Shown: positions 1-11,959 of the stretch, one piece after another
Numbering within the stretch: the stretch's first letter is position 1
Layout of the letters: each line of letters opens with the position of its first letter
NCBI GenBank assembly: GCA_009602735.1
Contig: WELA01003469.1
Span: 80,166 to 144,165, forward strand
Source of the DNA: Mesotaenium endlicherianum
Lineage: Eukaryota
Direction of reading: 5' to 3'
Length of the DNA stretch: 64,000 nucleotides
The notes under the pieces: model-generated
The model's input: only the letters and a program-made list of their open reading frames with translations
Databases searched by the model: none
Told to the model about the DNA's origin: nothing
Position numbers and translations under genes: made by a program

Positions 1-1644
1 AACATGGGCTACCCTCTAATATAATCTTAGACAGGGACTCGAAATTTACCTCTAAGTTCTGGAGGGCTTTAATGGGGTTAATGGAAGTCAAGCAGCTGCT
101 CAGCACAGCAAACCACCCTCAGACTGATGGGCAGACTAACCGAGTCCTGCAAGAAGTACTGAAATCTTATATTAACCAAAAACAAGATAATTGGGATGAC
201 GTGTTACCCCAAATCCAATTTGCGGTCAACAGTGCGGTGCACGCGTCAACGGGCAAGACTCCTTTTGAACTAAGCCTGGGTAGGATCCCTAAGTCTCCTT
301 TGGATGTCTTAGGGGAGTCTTTAACTCACCCTCAAGGGACTGACAATCCGGTCTCCCTCCAGTTAACTCAGGAGTTTGCTGACACCCTGTCAGAAGTCCA
401 ACAAAACTTGCACAAAGCCCAAGAAAACCAACTAAAGTATGCTAATCAGCACCGTCGAGAACAAACCTTTTCTAAGGGCAATTTGGTCAAACTGCATTCT
501 CAGCACCTGTACCTCCCTGGCGTGGTCAAGAAAAAGCTTGGTCCTGTTTGGGTCATTCCATATTCGGTGGTGCGCCGTGTCGGTCAGATCACTTACAAAC
601 TGAACATGTCAACAGAATACAAGGGTCACCCGGTCTTTAATGTTTCCTTCCTTGAACCCTACATCAAAGGGGACACACTGTTCACAGGTCGGTTACCTGT
701 CCAACCGAAACCGATCCTCGCTGTCCGGGACGGTGACCCTGAGGAATTTGAGGTTGAGGAGATTTTAGACGCGCGCTCGGTCCGTCGATCGTCTAAATAT
801 GTCATGAAGTACCTCATTCGATGGAAGGGTTAGGATGCCTCTGGGGACATTTGGGAATTTAAGGACCATTTGACCAATGCCAAAGGGGCGTTGAAACGGT
901 TCCATCTTCGGGCGACTGGAGCCCCTCCATAACTGTCAATTCAGTTGACACGGGAAGGTTCTAGGCGGACCTGTCTCCATTTAAGTTGGAGGGGAAAATA
1001 TATGACAGTTAGTGTGCGAGAGCGAGAAAGGAACAGTTATGTAAACCCTAAGTGTCAGCATAGTGACAGATGGGACAGCCTGGCCAACATAACGCACCTT
1101 GGGCAGAAGGAAAATGGGCCTCACACAGCAATACATCACTTAACGCACCTTCAAACACATTCATATGTTTATGTATAGTGCACCGCAACTACGTCAACTC
1201 TTAGCAATCACTTGCTAAGGTAAACAGAGGCAAATCCACCATACTAATACGAACATACTTCCTGCCTGCAATTCCTATGACAAAGGTCGATATCCTACTA
1301 ACTTGTGCCCTGGTTACATGTGCAGAATGGCTTTCACCACACACAAGGAGGACAGAAAGCGCAAGGCAGAAGAAGCCAGGAGGACAATGGAGCAATACCT
1401 GAAGGAGCTGGCGGCGACGTCCCTCACCAAGAGAGAACAAGAAAGGGTCCGCAGACAACAAGAGGCGGCAGAAGAAGCACAGAGAAAGAAGGATCGAGAA
1501 GCGGAAAATCTCAGGAAAGCTGAGGAGGAGAGACAGAAGAAACAACAAGAAGAAGCGGCAGCGGCAGAGGAGGAGAGAAGGAAAAAGGCTGTAGCGGACA
1601 GGCAGAAGAGCTTGGCCACTTACGGGTATACTGTGGTGGGTGGC
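1..1644 (+). mobile_element. Family A chromovirus, older host copy, left part (integrase-chromodomain end, spacer, ORF3a N-terminus); interrupted by a nested copy at 1645
   Basis: ORF 72-833 is the integrase C-terminus (HPQTDGQ, GPY/F-like, chromodomain EVEEILD..YLIRWKG). 930-1644 parallels 7690-8380. Continues at 10588 across TSD GTGGC. Confidence 0.93.
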
Positions 1645-2365
1645 TGTAATGAATCAGTATATTAGTAGATATAATATTCATTTAGATGTAATAGTAAATT
1701 AAGTTCAACCTGCTGAACTTTAGTTAAATTATCAGTTTGCTGGACTTTATATTTAATAACAGTTTAATGACTCAGACGGATGCAGCAGGCTGAAGTCAAC
1801 TTAAGTCAGCTTGCTGACACATTCTTTGACAGCGAGCTGACTTCCGTACTCGGTAGCAGCGAACTGCCTCATATGCATTTAAGTGTGGTAGGCTAGATGA
1901 ATGGCCAGATGACATCCCTATGATGGATGGCCATTCGGGATGATGGGAGATGGCGGTGGATTTGGTTAATCGAGGTCCTACCAACGTGGTTAACTCCCGG
2001 GTAGGCGGTGCCATCGCATTGACCGTTGAACAGTAAACTCATTCCATGTACATACGCTAGGCATTGCTCTCGAGTTCGGCATTCGGAAACGAGGCCAACT
2101 CTCTTGTACAGCTTACCGAGAGAGATCCGAATCCAAGGCGAGAAGCCATTGATACGCACTGTCTTCTAACCTTGCTTATGTATGAGTTTACTGATTTGCA
2201 TTATTGATGCTAGTTTACTCGCATTTGACTTACGAGTATTATTCACTGCTAGTGTGTTGTCCTTTGCCGTTAAACCGATTAACGAAAAATACCATGAAGA
2301 TTACTTGCTGATATGAAGATCTTTATTAACTGTTAATCGCCTATTTGGTAAGTCGATTCATTTAA
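1645..2365 (+). repeat. 5' LTR, family A
   Basis: Starts TGTAATGAATC and ends GATTCATTTAA (CA mutated); followed by the PBS. Confidence 0.95.
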
Positions 2366-2366
2366 G

Positions 2367-2378
2367 TGGTATCGGAGC
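2367..2378 (+). promoter_or_regulatory. Primer binding site, tRNA-iMet type (TGGTATCGGAGC)
   Basis: 1 nt after the LTR; one mismatch from the canonical plant TGGTATCAGAGC. Confidence 0.92.
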
Positions 2379-2399
2379 AGTTATCACAGTCTTCTTTGT

Positions 2400-3877
2400 A
2401 TGGTAAGGACAAGGTCTCAAACTAGCAACTCCCGAGACATGGAGAACCATGATAACGAGAATGTCGAAAACCAGGCGGAAAGCCATGAAGCGGGAAACGT
2501 ACCTGTTCTGAAGCAGTAGCAGATACTGCAGCTAGGGAGGCTGCAGATGAGGCAGCTGCCATTGCGGCAGTCGCACCATAGCAAGCTGAGGAGGAGAGAG
2601 CCAGGCTAGAAGCTGAACAATTAGCAAAGGCCGCTGAAGATACAGAAAGGAGGGAAAGACAGCCAGCTGACGAGCGCACTGTCGAGGAACTTATGGCATC
2701 AAGGGCCAATATTCCGAAACCACCTCCTGCTGTACAACTCAATGTACCTCTAGGTCAAATACGTGACCGGCTGAATGCGGCAGGAATTGCTGCTGCAGGA
2801 GCGAGAGGGATTGTTGAGGACACTACTCAGCGAGTGGATGCCAATGCTGCTGCTGCAATTTCTAATCTACCACCCTAGAGTGTAGACTTGGGAGCATTGT
2901 TCGTTCAAATGCAGTCGCAAATGGCGACCATGTATCAGTCCCAACAGGAGGACAAAAGAATCATAATGTCCCTACTCCGGGACAGAGACCAACTGGGGTC
3001 TCACACCACTAGTGGTGGTGGCCGAGGGCCTAGTAAGCCCAAGCCAAAACCTCCCCAGGATTATGACCCTGAGGGAAACAGAAAATATTACCTGATCAAG
3101 TTTCTCGCGGATGTTGAGCAGTGGCTCGAGAACTACCCAGAACTGCAAGATTACGAGAAGGTCAGGCACACCGGTGCGCTACTGAAAGGCAGTGCCGCAG
3201 ACTGGTGGCTTTACTGGAAGGAAGAGCGTAAGGCTCGGCAACTCGGTGACCCTACGTGGGTAGAGTTTGTCGAGAAGTTGCATGAGAAGTTTGATGTCAT
3301 CAACCAGCAGGAGAAAGCTATCTATGCGATGATCTCCCTGACACTGAAGCAGACCACTTCAGTTGCTGAGTTTGCTCAAAAGTTCCAAGAGAACATGATG
3401 AAGCAGCCTGATTTGCCAGAACGGTATAGGATAGCATACTTCAGGTATGGCTTGAAATCCGAGGTCTCTGGTCATTTTGCTGAGAAAAAGTATGAGAAAC
3501 TGGCTGACTTGATCCAGGATGCTGACGCCTGGGATCAGCAGCAGTTCAATCACAAGCGCCAGAGTAATGCTTTGGTGTCTAAGATTGTCAAAAAGCCCCA
3601 CGGTTCCTACAATGCAGTTGAAGGAGACCAGGCTGAGGATAATCAGGGTGATGAATACAAGTATGAGTACAATGCTATTCAGTCTAGAGGTAGAGGTGGT
3701 TCCTCTCGAGGCGGCTATGAAAGAGGTGGTGGTAAGACTAAGCCGAGACCAGCCTCAGCAAAATTCACTTGCTACCATTGTCAGCAGTTGGGCCACTACA
3801 GAGAACAGTGTCCACTCAAGCACCTTCCGAAGGTCGAGAGAAAAGACCAGCCTTTAAAAGACAGCAACAGTCAGTAA
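2400..3877 (+). pseudogene. gag: gag (MVRTRSQ..., capsid-like domain, CCHC knuckle [14 protein letters not shown]), with premature stops
   Basis: Matches the intact 492-aa gag at 59583-61061; in-frame TAG near 2579 and 2876. Confidence 0.92.
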
Positions 3878-3894
3878 TCCAGTCTACTGACTGT
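3853..3894 (+). promoter_or_regulatory. -1 ribosomal frameshift signal: T TTA AAA heptamer, 7-nt spacer, 10-bp hairpin
   Basis: Heptamer is in gag frame at 3853-3859; stem ACAGTCAGTA/TACTGACTGT at 3867-3894; pol lies in the -1 frame overlapping the gag end. Confidence 0.82.
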
Positions 3895-6800
3895 GAGGAT
3901 GCTAGAGATAGTGAGTCGTCACTAGCTGCCCTCGTAGCAGGTATTATGGGTCCTGCAAAACTGAATTCACTATGCATGCCTGACAAACAGATAAAGGAGA
4001 CCATCAGCAATATGGACGTCCAGAGAGTGCACACTCTGGATGCTCTTGTTCCACCTGATGTCCAACATTTCTTTGCTACGTCAGGAGAACAATGCGAAAG
4101 TCAGGAAAAGACAGTCCCCCCTATCCTACTGCATTGCATGATTGCAGGTAGGAAGGTGAGGGCATTTGTTGACGGAGGGGCGTCACATACTTTTATCCAC
4201 AAGGACTTAGTTAAGCGGCTAAGGCTGCCTACTGTCACCCAAGGGAATAGAAAAATATTCCTTGGAGATGCCTCAAGTATCCCGGGAGGAGTTATAACCA
4301 AGCCTATTGAGGTCCAGTTAGGTTCTGGCATTGCAGTTCTAACTGAAACGCTTACATTTGAGGTACTCAACACTGGCTTTTATGATCTCGTGCTAGGCAG
4401 GTCCTGGCTTAATAGACATCAAGCTGAAGTGTGTTGGAGCAGAGGTACAGTTAAAGTGAGAGGAGCCAGTGATGGGCAGACTGACTTGGCACCCACCAGT
4501 GCTCTTCCTCTTGTCCTGTGTGGATGGCAAATGAAGGAAAAGAAGAGGCTTCCAGAAGGATGCAAGTTGCTGAATGCAATGGAGTTTGTCAAAAGCTGGA
4601 ACCAGAAGGAAGACCGAATGTTCTGTCTGCTGCTAAGAGAGGTACCTCCTCAACCTGGAGAAGTGGTTGAGAAAAAGGTAAGCCCTCCAGAGCACCCTAC
4701 AGCTGCAAAAATTGTTGCTCAGTACACTGATGTATTTAATATGCCTCCAGGACTACCCTCTAAGAGGGAAATAGATCATAGGATTGATTTATTACCTGGT
4801 AGTCAGCCACCCTGGCAACGCACATATGGCTTGTCTTATGTGAAGAGCGAGGAGTTGAAAACACAGATTGCAGAGCTTGAGGAAAACGGTTATATTTCTC
4901 CCAGTAAATCACTTTACGGCGCACCCATCCTATTTGTTAAGAAAAAGGATGGCAGTATGCGGATGTGTGTGGATTACAGAGCCCTGAACAGAATTACAGT
5001 AAAGAACAAGTATGCTTTACCCAGAATCGAGGACTTGCTTGATACTCTGTCTGGTGCTAAGGTGTTCAGTAAGATAGATCTCAAGAGTGGTTATCAGCAA
5101 ATCAGAATTGCTGAGGGGGATGAACACAAGACTGCATTCCGTACATGTTATGGACACTATGAGTTCAACGTGATGCCATTTGAACTGACTAATGCTCCTG
5201 CTACCTTCATGGGTGCTATGAATGACATTTTCAGACCTTATTTGGATAAGTTTGTGCAAGTCTTCCTGGTTGGTATTTTAATGTTCTCTGAAGATGAATC
5301 GCAGCACACTGAACTCTTAAAGACTGTACTAGACACTCTGCGGAAAAATCACTTATATGCTAAAATGAGCAAGTGTGATTTCTTTAAGGAAAGTACTGAA
5401 TTCATAGGCGACGTTGTCAGTAAAGAGGGCATCAGTGTGGATCCTAAGAAAGTCCAGACCATAAGGGACCGGCCAGTACCACAGTCTGTCTCTGAAGTTA
5501 GATCCTTCCTCGGGTTGGCTAACTACTATAGGAGATTTATTGAGAATTATTCCACAAAGGCCAGTAAACTGACTGACCTTACTAAGAAGGACATAGGGTA
5601 TGTGTGGGGGGAAGAGCAGCAGGCTGCCTTCCAGACCCTTAAAGATGCCCTTTGTTCTACCCCAGTGCTAGCCGTGTATGACCCAAGCAAACCGGTGCAG
5701 GTGGTGACTGATGCCTCTGACTTTGCCATGGGTGCTATTTTGTTGCAGCCTGCTGACAAAACCACAAAGGATGGTAAGGTACGGCAGGAGTGGCATCCTG
5801 TGTTGTATGAGTCTATGAAATTTAATCCAGCGGAGATTAATTACTCAGTGCATGATAAAGAGCTGCTAGCTATCATTCATGTACTCAAACAGTGGAGAGC
5901 ATACTTACATGGTAAAGCTTTTAAGGTGATTGCAGATCATCTAGCTCTGACCCACTTTCAGAAGAAGTCCAAGCTGTCGAGGAGGGAGAACCGNCGGGAG
6001 AAGCGCTGGAGCCAGATGCTGGAGCAGTTCCAAGTCCAGATCGACTACAAACCAGGGAACTTGGATCCTGCTGATGCACTTTCTAGAAGACCTGACTTGC
6101 AAGAAAGGAACTTTAGTCAGCATGCTGTAGACAAAGTCCTGTGTGCACTGACTTCACTAAAGGTGAAAAAGTCCTTCCTAGAACAACTTAGGAAAGCCTA
6201 CCTTTCTGACCCAACATTTGAGCCCAGCCCCACTACTGGTGTGTGTCGTGCTACTGCACTCGGGTATAAGCTTAAGGGAGGGGTCTGGGTGACTGAAGCC
6301 ACTTCAGGCAGGCTGAAGCTGGTCGTTCCTAATAACGTGGAAATAAGGTCCCTTTTATTGAGTCAAGCACATGACAGTTTACTGGGTGGGCATTTGGGGC
6401 AGGCCAAAACTGTTGGCAAACTGGCAAAACATTATCATTGGGAGGGATTACCTCGGGAGGTCTTGAAATACGTAAAGTCCTGTGACCAGTGTCAAAAGAA
6501 TAAGTCTAGGCACACACCACCGAGGGGCCTCTTACAACCGCTGCCCATCCCAACTGGCCGCTGGGAAACGATATCGATGGATTGGGTGGTCACACTGCCA
6601 CGAACTGCTAATAGGCATGATTCGATACTGGTAGTCGTGGATAAACTGACAAAAATGGTCATTTTTATCCCCACAACTGTCAAAGTAACTGCACTCGAAA
6701 CAGCGAGGCAGTTCTACAACCATGTAGTATGCCAACATGGGCTCCCTTCTAATATCATCTCAGACAGAGACTCAAAATTCACCTCTAATTTCTGGAGAGC

Positions 6801-7688
6801 TTTAATGGGGTTAATGGGAGTCAAACAGCTTCTCAGCACAGCCAACCACCCTCAGACTGCTGGGCAGACTGAAAGAACTAACCGAGTTTCGCAGGAGGTG
6901 CTGAGAGCCTATATTAACCAAAAACAAGATCATTGGGATGACCTGTTTCCTCAAATTCAGTTCGCGGTCAACAGTGCGGTGCACGCGCAACGGGCAAGAC
7001 TCCTTTTGAACTCAGCCTCGGTAGAGTCCCTAAGTCTCCTTTAGATGTACTGGGGGCGTCTTTAACTGACCCTGAAGGGATTGACAACCCGGTCTCCCTC
7101 CAGTTAACTCAGGAGTTTGCTGACACCCTGTCAGAAGTCCAACAAAACCTGCACAAAGCCCAAGAAAACCAACTAAAATACGCTAATCAACACCGCCGGG
7201 CGCTGACATTTTCCAAGGGCGATTTAGTCAAACTGCATTCTCAGCACCTGTACCTCTCGGGCGTGGTCAAGAAAAAGCTTGGTCCTGTCTGGGTCGATCC
7301 ATATTCGGTGGTACGTCGTGTCGGTGAGAATGCTTACAATCTGAATATGTCAACCGAAGACAAGGGTCACCCTGTCTTTAATGTCTCCTTCCTGGAACCA
7401 TACATCAAAGGTGATACACTGTTCACAGGTCGGTTACCTGTCCAACCGGGACCGGTCCCCGCTGTCCGGGACGGCGATCCTCAAGAATATGAGGTCGATG
7501 AAATTTTAGACGCCCGCTCGGTCCGTCGATCGTCTAAATATGTCATGAAGTACCTCATTCGATGGAAAGGTTACGATGCCTCTGGGGACACTTGGGAATT
7601 TAAAGACCATTTGACAAATGCCAAAGGGGCGTTGAAACGGTTCCACCTTCGGGCGGCTGGACACCTCCCTAACAGTCATTTCAGTTGA
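3853..7688 (+). pseudogene. pol: pol: aspartic protease (FVDGGAS), RT, RNase H (TDASD), integrase (HHCC, DDE), chromodomain; damaged
   Basis: ORFs 3769-7044 and 7263-7688; frameshift near 6988; RT catalytic motif mutated to FLVG. Confidence 0.95.
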
Positions 7689-7959
7689 CACGGGAAGGTG
7701 ACAGGAGGTCCCGTCTCCATTTAAGTCGGAGGGGAAAATATATGACAGTTAGTGTGCGAGAGTGCGAAAGGGACGGTTATGTGAATCCTACGTGTCAGCA
7801 TAGTGACATAGGGGACAGCCTGGCCCACATAAAGCACCTTTGGCTGAACGAAAAAGGGCCTCGCACAGCAATACATCACTTAACCCACCTGAAAACACAT
7901 TCATACGTTTATGTCTGGCGCACCGCAACTACGTCAACTCCTAGCAATCACCCTGTAAG

Positions 7960-8064
7960 GTAAACAGGAACGAATATACCATAGTAACATGAACTTACTC
8001 TCTCCTGCAACTCCTATGACAAAGGTCAATATCCTACTAACTTGTGCCCTGGTCACATGTGCAG
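7960..8064 (+). promoter_or_regulatory. Predicted 105-nt 5'-UTR intron of ORF3a
   Basis: AAG|GTAAAC donor, TACTAAC branch point at 8035-8041, TGCAG| acceptor 1 nt before ATG 8066; same signals at 1220-1325. Confidence 0.7.
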
Positions 8065-8065
8065 A

Positions 8066-9752
8066 ATGGCTCCCACCACACAAAAGGAGGACAGAACGCG
8101 CAAGGCAGAAGAAGCCAGGAGGACAATGGAGCAATACCAGAAGGAGCTGGCGGCGACGTCCCTCACCAGGAGAGAACAAGAAAGGGTCCGCAGACAACAA
8201 GAGGCGGCAGAAGAGGCACAAAGGAAGAAGGATCAGGAAGCAGAAAACCTCAGAAAAGCTGAGGAGGAGAGACAGAAGAAACAACAAGAGGAAGCAGCAG
8301 CGGCAGAGGAGGAGAGAAGGAAAAAGATTGAAGCGGACAGACAGAAGAGCTTGGCCACTTACAGATATACTGTGGTGGGTGGCCAAAACTTTGATAACCT
8401 GAAGGAAGCTTTGCTGGCAGCCCAGGAAATCAACAAGCTGGAACAGACAACACTGCTACAGGGGGAAGGAGCTGCAGCACTGGACAGGTACATCGAGACA
8501 CACACCGGCGTGGTCCTTTACAAAGATTATGCTAAGATGGTGGGCTATACAGCAGAGCAGGCCCGGTATCTCGCAGATGATTTAGAGGACAAGCCGGTCC
8601 CCATACCGGGAATAGTGGGAGATCAGGGACTCATCCGGATGGTGAGCATGCGGCCCGATAGCTTCAAGGATACTGTATTCTACCTCACATTACTGCCAGC
8701 TTACAATGAGGTTGAGAGAAGGAGCTGGGAGTACTTGGCCAAGGAAGCAGGACAGCAGATGTTCTCTCCTCACTGGTTCCCGTGTAAACTGAGGAAGGCT
8801 GAGCACGGACCCCAGTACTACCAGCAGCCAACAGACTGGAGGTGGATGACCGTCACAAATAAGAAGCAGGAGTGTGACCGAGCCCAACCGGATGACTTCC
8901 ACTATGGCCTAGACGGCTATCTCATCCTACCACCTCACATTGCCCCTTGGGACCCCAGGCTGAATGGATGCCTGAGCAATATGAATGCAGAGACCAAGGA
9001 ACATAGGAGGAGGGGAAGAGACTACTTCTCTAAGGGAAAGCATACCTTCGTCAAATGGGCGAAGAATGCAGGCCGGATAGATATCAGCAGGCTGAAGGCC
9101 AAGCAACCTCCAGCGCGCCCTAAGAAAGGGAGGTCGGTAGACTACTCCATGTCCACTAGGGAGCAGAACGATTTAGTGGACGAGACTCCTACTCTCTTCG
9201 AGGAGGATGAGGAAGAAGAACAGGGCAGAGGAGAAGCATCAGCAGCGGGTACTCAGGAGACTTAGGGGCAGGCAGGGGCACTTCCTAAAGAACCACGATC
9301 AGGTATTTGGAACGTGATCCCTGTCATGGAGGCAACTGGACCCCGCACTTGCTCCCCCAGCCCTCCTGCCCAAGCAGGGGAAGAAGCTGATTTGACTGTA
9401 CTTGGCAGCAGACACAGGCAGAAATCCTCAGAGGACAGGGGTGCCAGAAGAGGGACCCGCGGGGTGGCCAGAGGTATGCCGGCCTCTCCCTTCGCTCAGG
9501 GGCATGTACCTCTTGCCAATGTGTTTCAGCATCCTACTGGAATGCCTGTCTATGTGGGGATCAACACCCAAGTGGGTGAAGAGCAGGCTACCATCCTTTG
9601 TTCTCCTCGCGGTCTAACTTTAGAGCAAACNCGGTCTAACTTTAGAGCAAACGGGGTTCTTTAGAAGGCCAGCTGACAGACCTAGAGGGCTGTCCAGATC
9701 CAGGTCCAGAACTCCGTCTCCTGATCATGAAGCCCCAGCAACAACCCCCTAG
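8066..9752 (+). CDS. ORF3a: extra retrotransposon gene of unknown function (~555 aa consensus; coiled coil, W/H/C-rich core, acidic tract, conserved C-terminal motifs)
   Basis: ORFs 8042-9265 and 9314- are in frame across one TAG; assembly duplication at N9631; homologs at 1327-1644/10593-11954 and 40326-41987. Confidence 0.85.
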
Positions 9753-9852
9753 GCAAAAGGCTGAAGGAGCAGTCACTAGGAGAGGCGGGTCAGGTCCAGT
9801 TTGCTGAATAGCAGATCTTGAAGTTTAATGTTGTCGAGGCGACAACAAGTTA

Positions 9853-9864
9853 AGTTAGAGGGAT
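9853..9864 (+). promoter_or_regulatory. Polypurine tract, preceded by hairpin GTTGTCG-AGG-CGACAAC
   Basis: AGTTAGAGGGAT directly upstream of the 3' LTR; the equivalent site is seen on - at 40241-40252. Confidence 0.8.
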
Positions 9865-10587
9865 TGTAATGAATCACTATATTAGTAATTATAATATTCA
9901 TTTAGATGTAATAGTAAATTAAGTTCAGCCTGCTGAACTTTAGTTAAATAATCAGTTTGCTGGACTTTATATTTAATAACAGTTTAATGACTCAGACGGA
10001 TGCAGCAGGCTGAAGTCAACTTAAGTCAGCTTGCTGACACATTCTTTGACAGCCAGCTGACTTCCGTACTCGGTAGCAGCGAACTGCCTCATATGCATTT
10101 AAGTGTGGTAGGCTAGATGAATGGCCAGATGACATCCCTATGATGGATGGCAATTTGGGATGATGGGAGATGGCGGTGAATTTGGTTAACCGAGGTCCTA
10201 CCAACGTGGTTAACTCTCGGGTAGGCGGTGCCATCGCACTGACCTTTGAACAGTAAAACTCATTCCATGTACATATGCTAGGCATTGCTCTCGAGTTCGG
10301 CATTCGGAAACGAGGCCAACTCTCTTGTACAGCTTACCGAGAGAGATCCGAATCCAAGGCGAGAAGCCATTGATACGCACTGTCTTCTAACCTTGCTTAT
10401 GTATGAGTTTACTAATCTGCATTATTGATGCTAGTTTACTCGCATTTGACTGACGAGTATTACTCACTGCTAGTGTGTTGTCCTTTGCCGTTAAACCAGT
10501 TAACGAAAAAATACCATAAAGATTACTTGTTGATATAAAGATCTTTTTTAATTGTTAATCGCCTATTTGGTAAGTCGATTAATTTCA
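9865..10587 (+). repeat. 3' LTR, family A
   Basis: TGTAATGAATC...ATTTCA, followed by TSD GTGGC. Confidence 0.96.
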
Positions 10588-11959
10588 GTGGCCAAAACTA
10601 TGATAACCTAAAGGAAGCATTGTTGGCAGCCCAGGAGATCAACAAGCTGGAACAGACAACACTGCTACAGAGGGAAGGAGCTGCAGCACTGGATAGGTAC
10701 ATCGAGACACACACGGGTGTGGTCCTCTACGAAGATTATGTCAAGATGGTAGGTTATACAGCAGAGTGGGCCCGGTACCTTGCAGATAATTCAGAGGACA
10801 AGCCGGTCCCATTACTGGGAATAGTGGGAGATAAGAGACTCATCAGGATGGTGAGCATGCGGCCCGATAGCTTTAAGGATACGGTATTCTACCTCACACT
10901 ACTGCCAGCTTACAATGAATTTGAGAGAAGGAGCTGGGAGTACTTGGCCAGGGAAGCAGGACAGCAGATGTTCTCTCCCCACTGGTTCCCGTGTAAACTG
11001 AGGAAGGCTGAGCAGGGACCCCAGTACTACCAGCAGCCAACAGACTGGAGGTGGATGACCGTCACAAATAAGGAGCAGGAGTGTGACCGAGCCCAACCAG
11101 ATGACTTCCACTCTGGCCTAGACGCCTATCTCATCCTACCATCTCACATTGCCCTTTGGGACCCCAGGCTGAATGGCTGCCTGAGCAATATGAATGCCGA
11201 GACCAAGGAGCATAGGAGGAGGGGAAGAGACTACTTCTCTAAGGGAAAGCATGTTTTCGTCAAACGGGCAAAGAATGCAGGCCGGATAGATATCAGCAGG
11301 CTGAAGGCCAAGCAACCTCCGGCGCGCCCTAAGAAAGGGAGGTCAGTAGACTACTCCATGTCTGCCAGGGAGCAGGACGACTTAGTGGATAAGACTCCTA
11401 CCCTCTCAGAGGAGGAAGATGAGGAGGATGAGGAAGAAGAACAAAGCAGAGGAGAAACATCATGATGTGGTATTTAGGACACCCAGGGGCAGGCGAGAGC
11501 AGGGCTTCCACAGGAGCCTAGATCAGGAATATGGCATCTGACCCCGACCGTGGAGGTAACTGAACCGCGCACTCGCTCCCCCAGCCCACCTGCCCAAGCA
11601 GGGGAAGAAGCTGACCTGACTGTACTTGGCAGCAGACAAAGGCAGAATTCCCCAGAGGACAGGGGTGCCAGAAGAGGGACACGCGGGGTGGCCAGAGGTA
11701 TGCCGGCCTCTCCCTTCGCTCAGGGGCATGTACCTCTTGCCAATGTATTTCAGCACCCTACTGGAATGCCTGTCTATGTGGGGATTAACACCCAAGTGGT
11801 TGAAGAGCAGGCTACTATCCTTCATTCTCCTCGAGGTCCAACTTTAGAACAAACGGGGTTCTTTAGAAGGCCAGCTGACAGACCTAGAGGGCTGTCCAGA
11901 TTTAGGTCCAGATCTCAGTCTCCTGATCCTGAAGCCCCAGGAACAACCCCCTAGGTGAC
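10588..11959 (+). pseudogene. Right part of the host copy: remainder of ORF3a (stops near 11465; ends 11954), then truncated
   Basis: Frame resumes ..GG|QNYDNLKEALLAAQ, matching 8380 onward. Confidence 0.9.

Larger units (their letters stand above)
1645..10587 (+). mobile_element. Full-length family A Ty3/Gypsy chromovirus (LTR-PBS-gag-pol-ORF3a-PPT-LTR), ~8.9 kb
   Basis: Two ~720-bp LTRs (about 4% different by manual count), PBS, PPT, and 5-bp TSD GTGGC at 1640-1644 and 10588-10592. Confidence 0.97.

Noticed and set aside
1949..2027. LTR hairpin as a known ribozyme or Cassandra-type 5S rRNA
   Set aside because: No hammerhead, HDV, twister or pistol core and no 5S A/C boxes recognisable by eye.
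5983..6010. Short duplications around single Ns (5994, 9631, 24814, 49796, 51897, 56928)
   Set aside because: Unmerged contig overlaps; assembly artefacts, not real indels or frameshifts.
9263..9265. Programmed readthrough of the TAG inside ORF3
   Set aside because: Stops fall at different positions in each copy (9263, ~11463, 41490) and are consistent with point-mutation decay such as CAG>TAG.
8066..9752. ORF3 as an env gene
   Set aside because: No signal peptide or transmembrane segment visible; the protein is highly charged.
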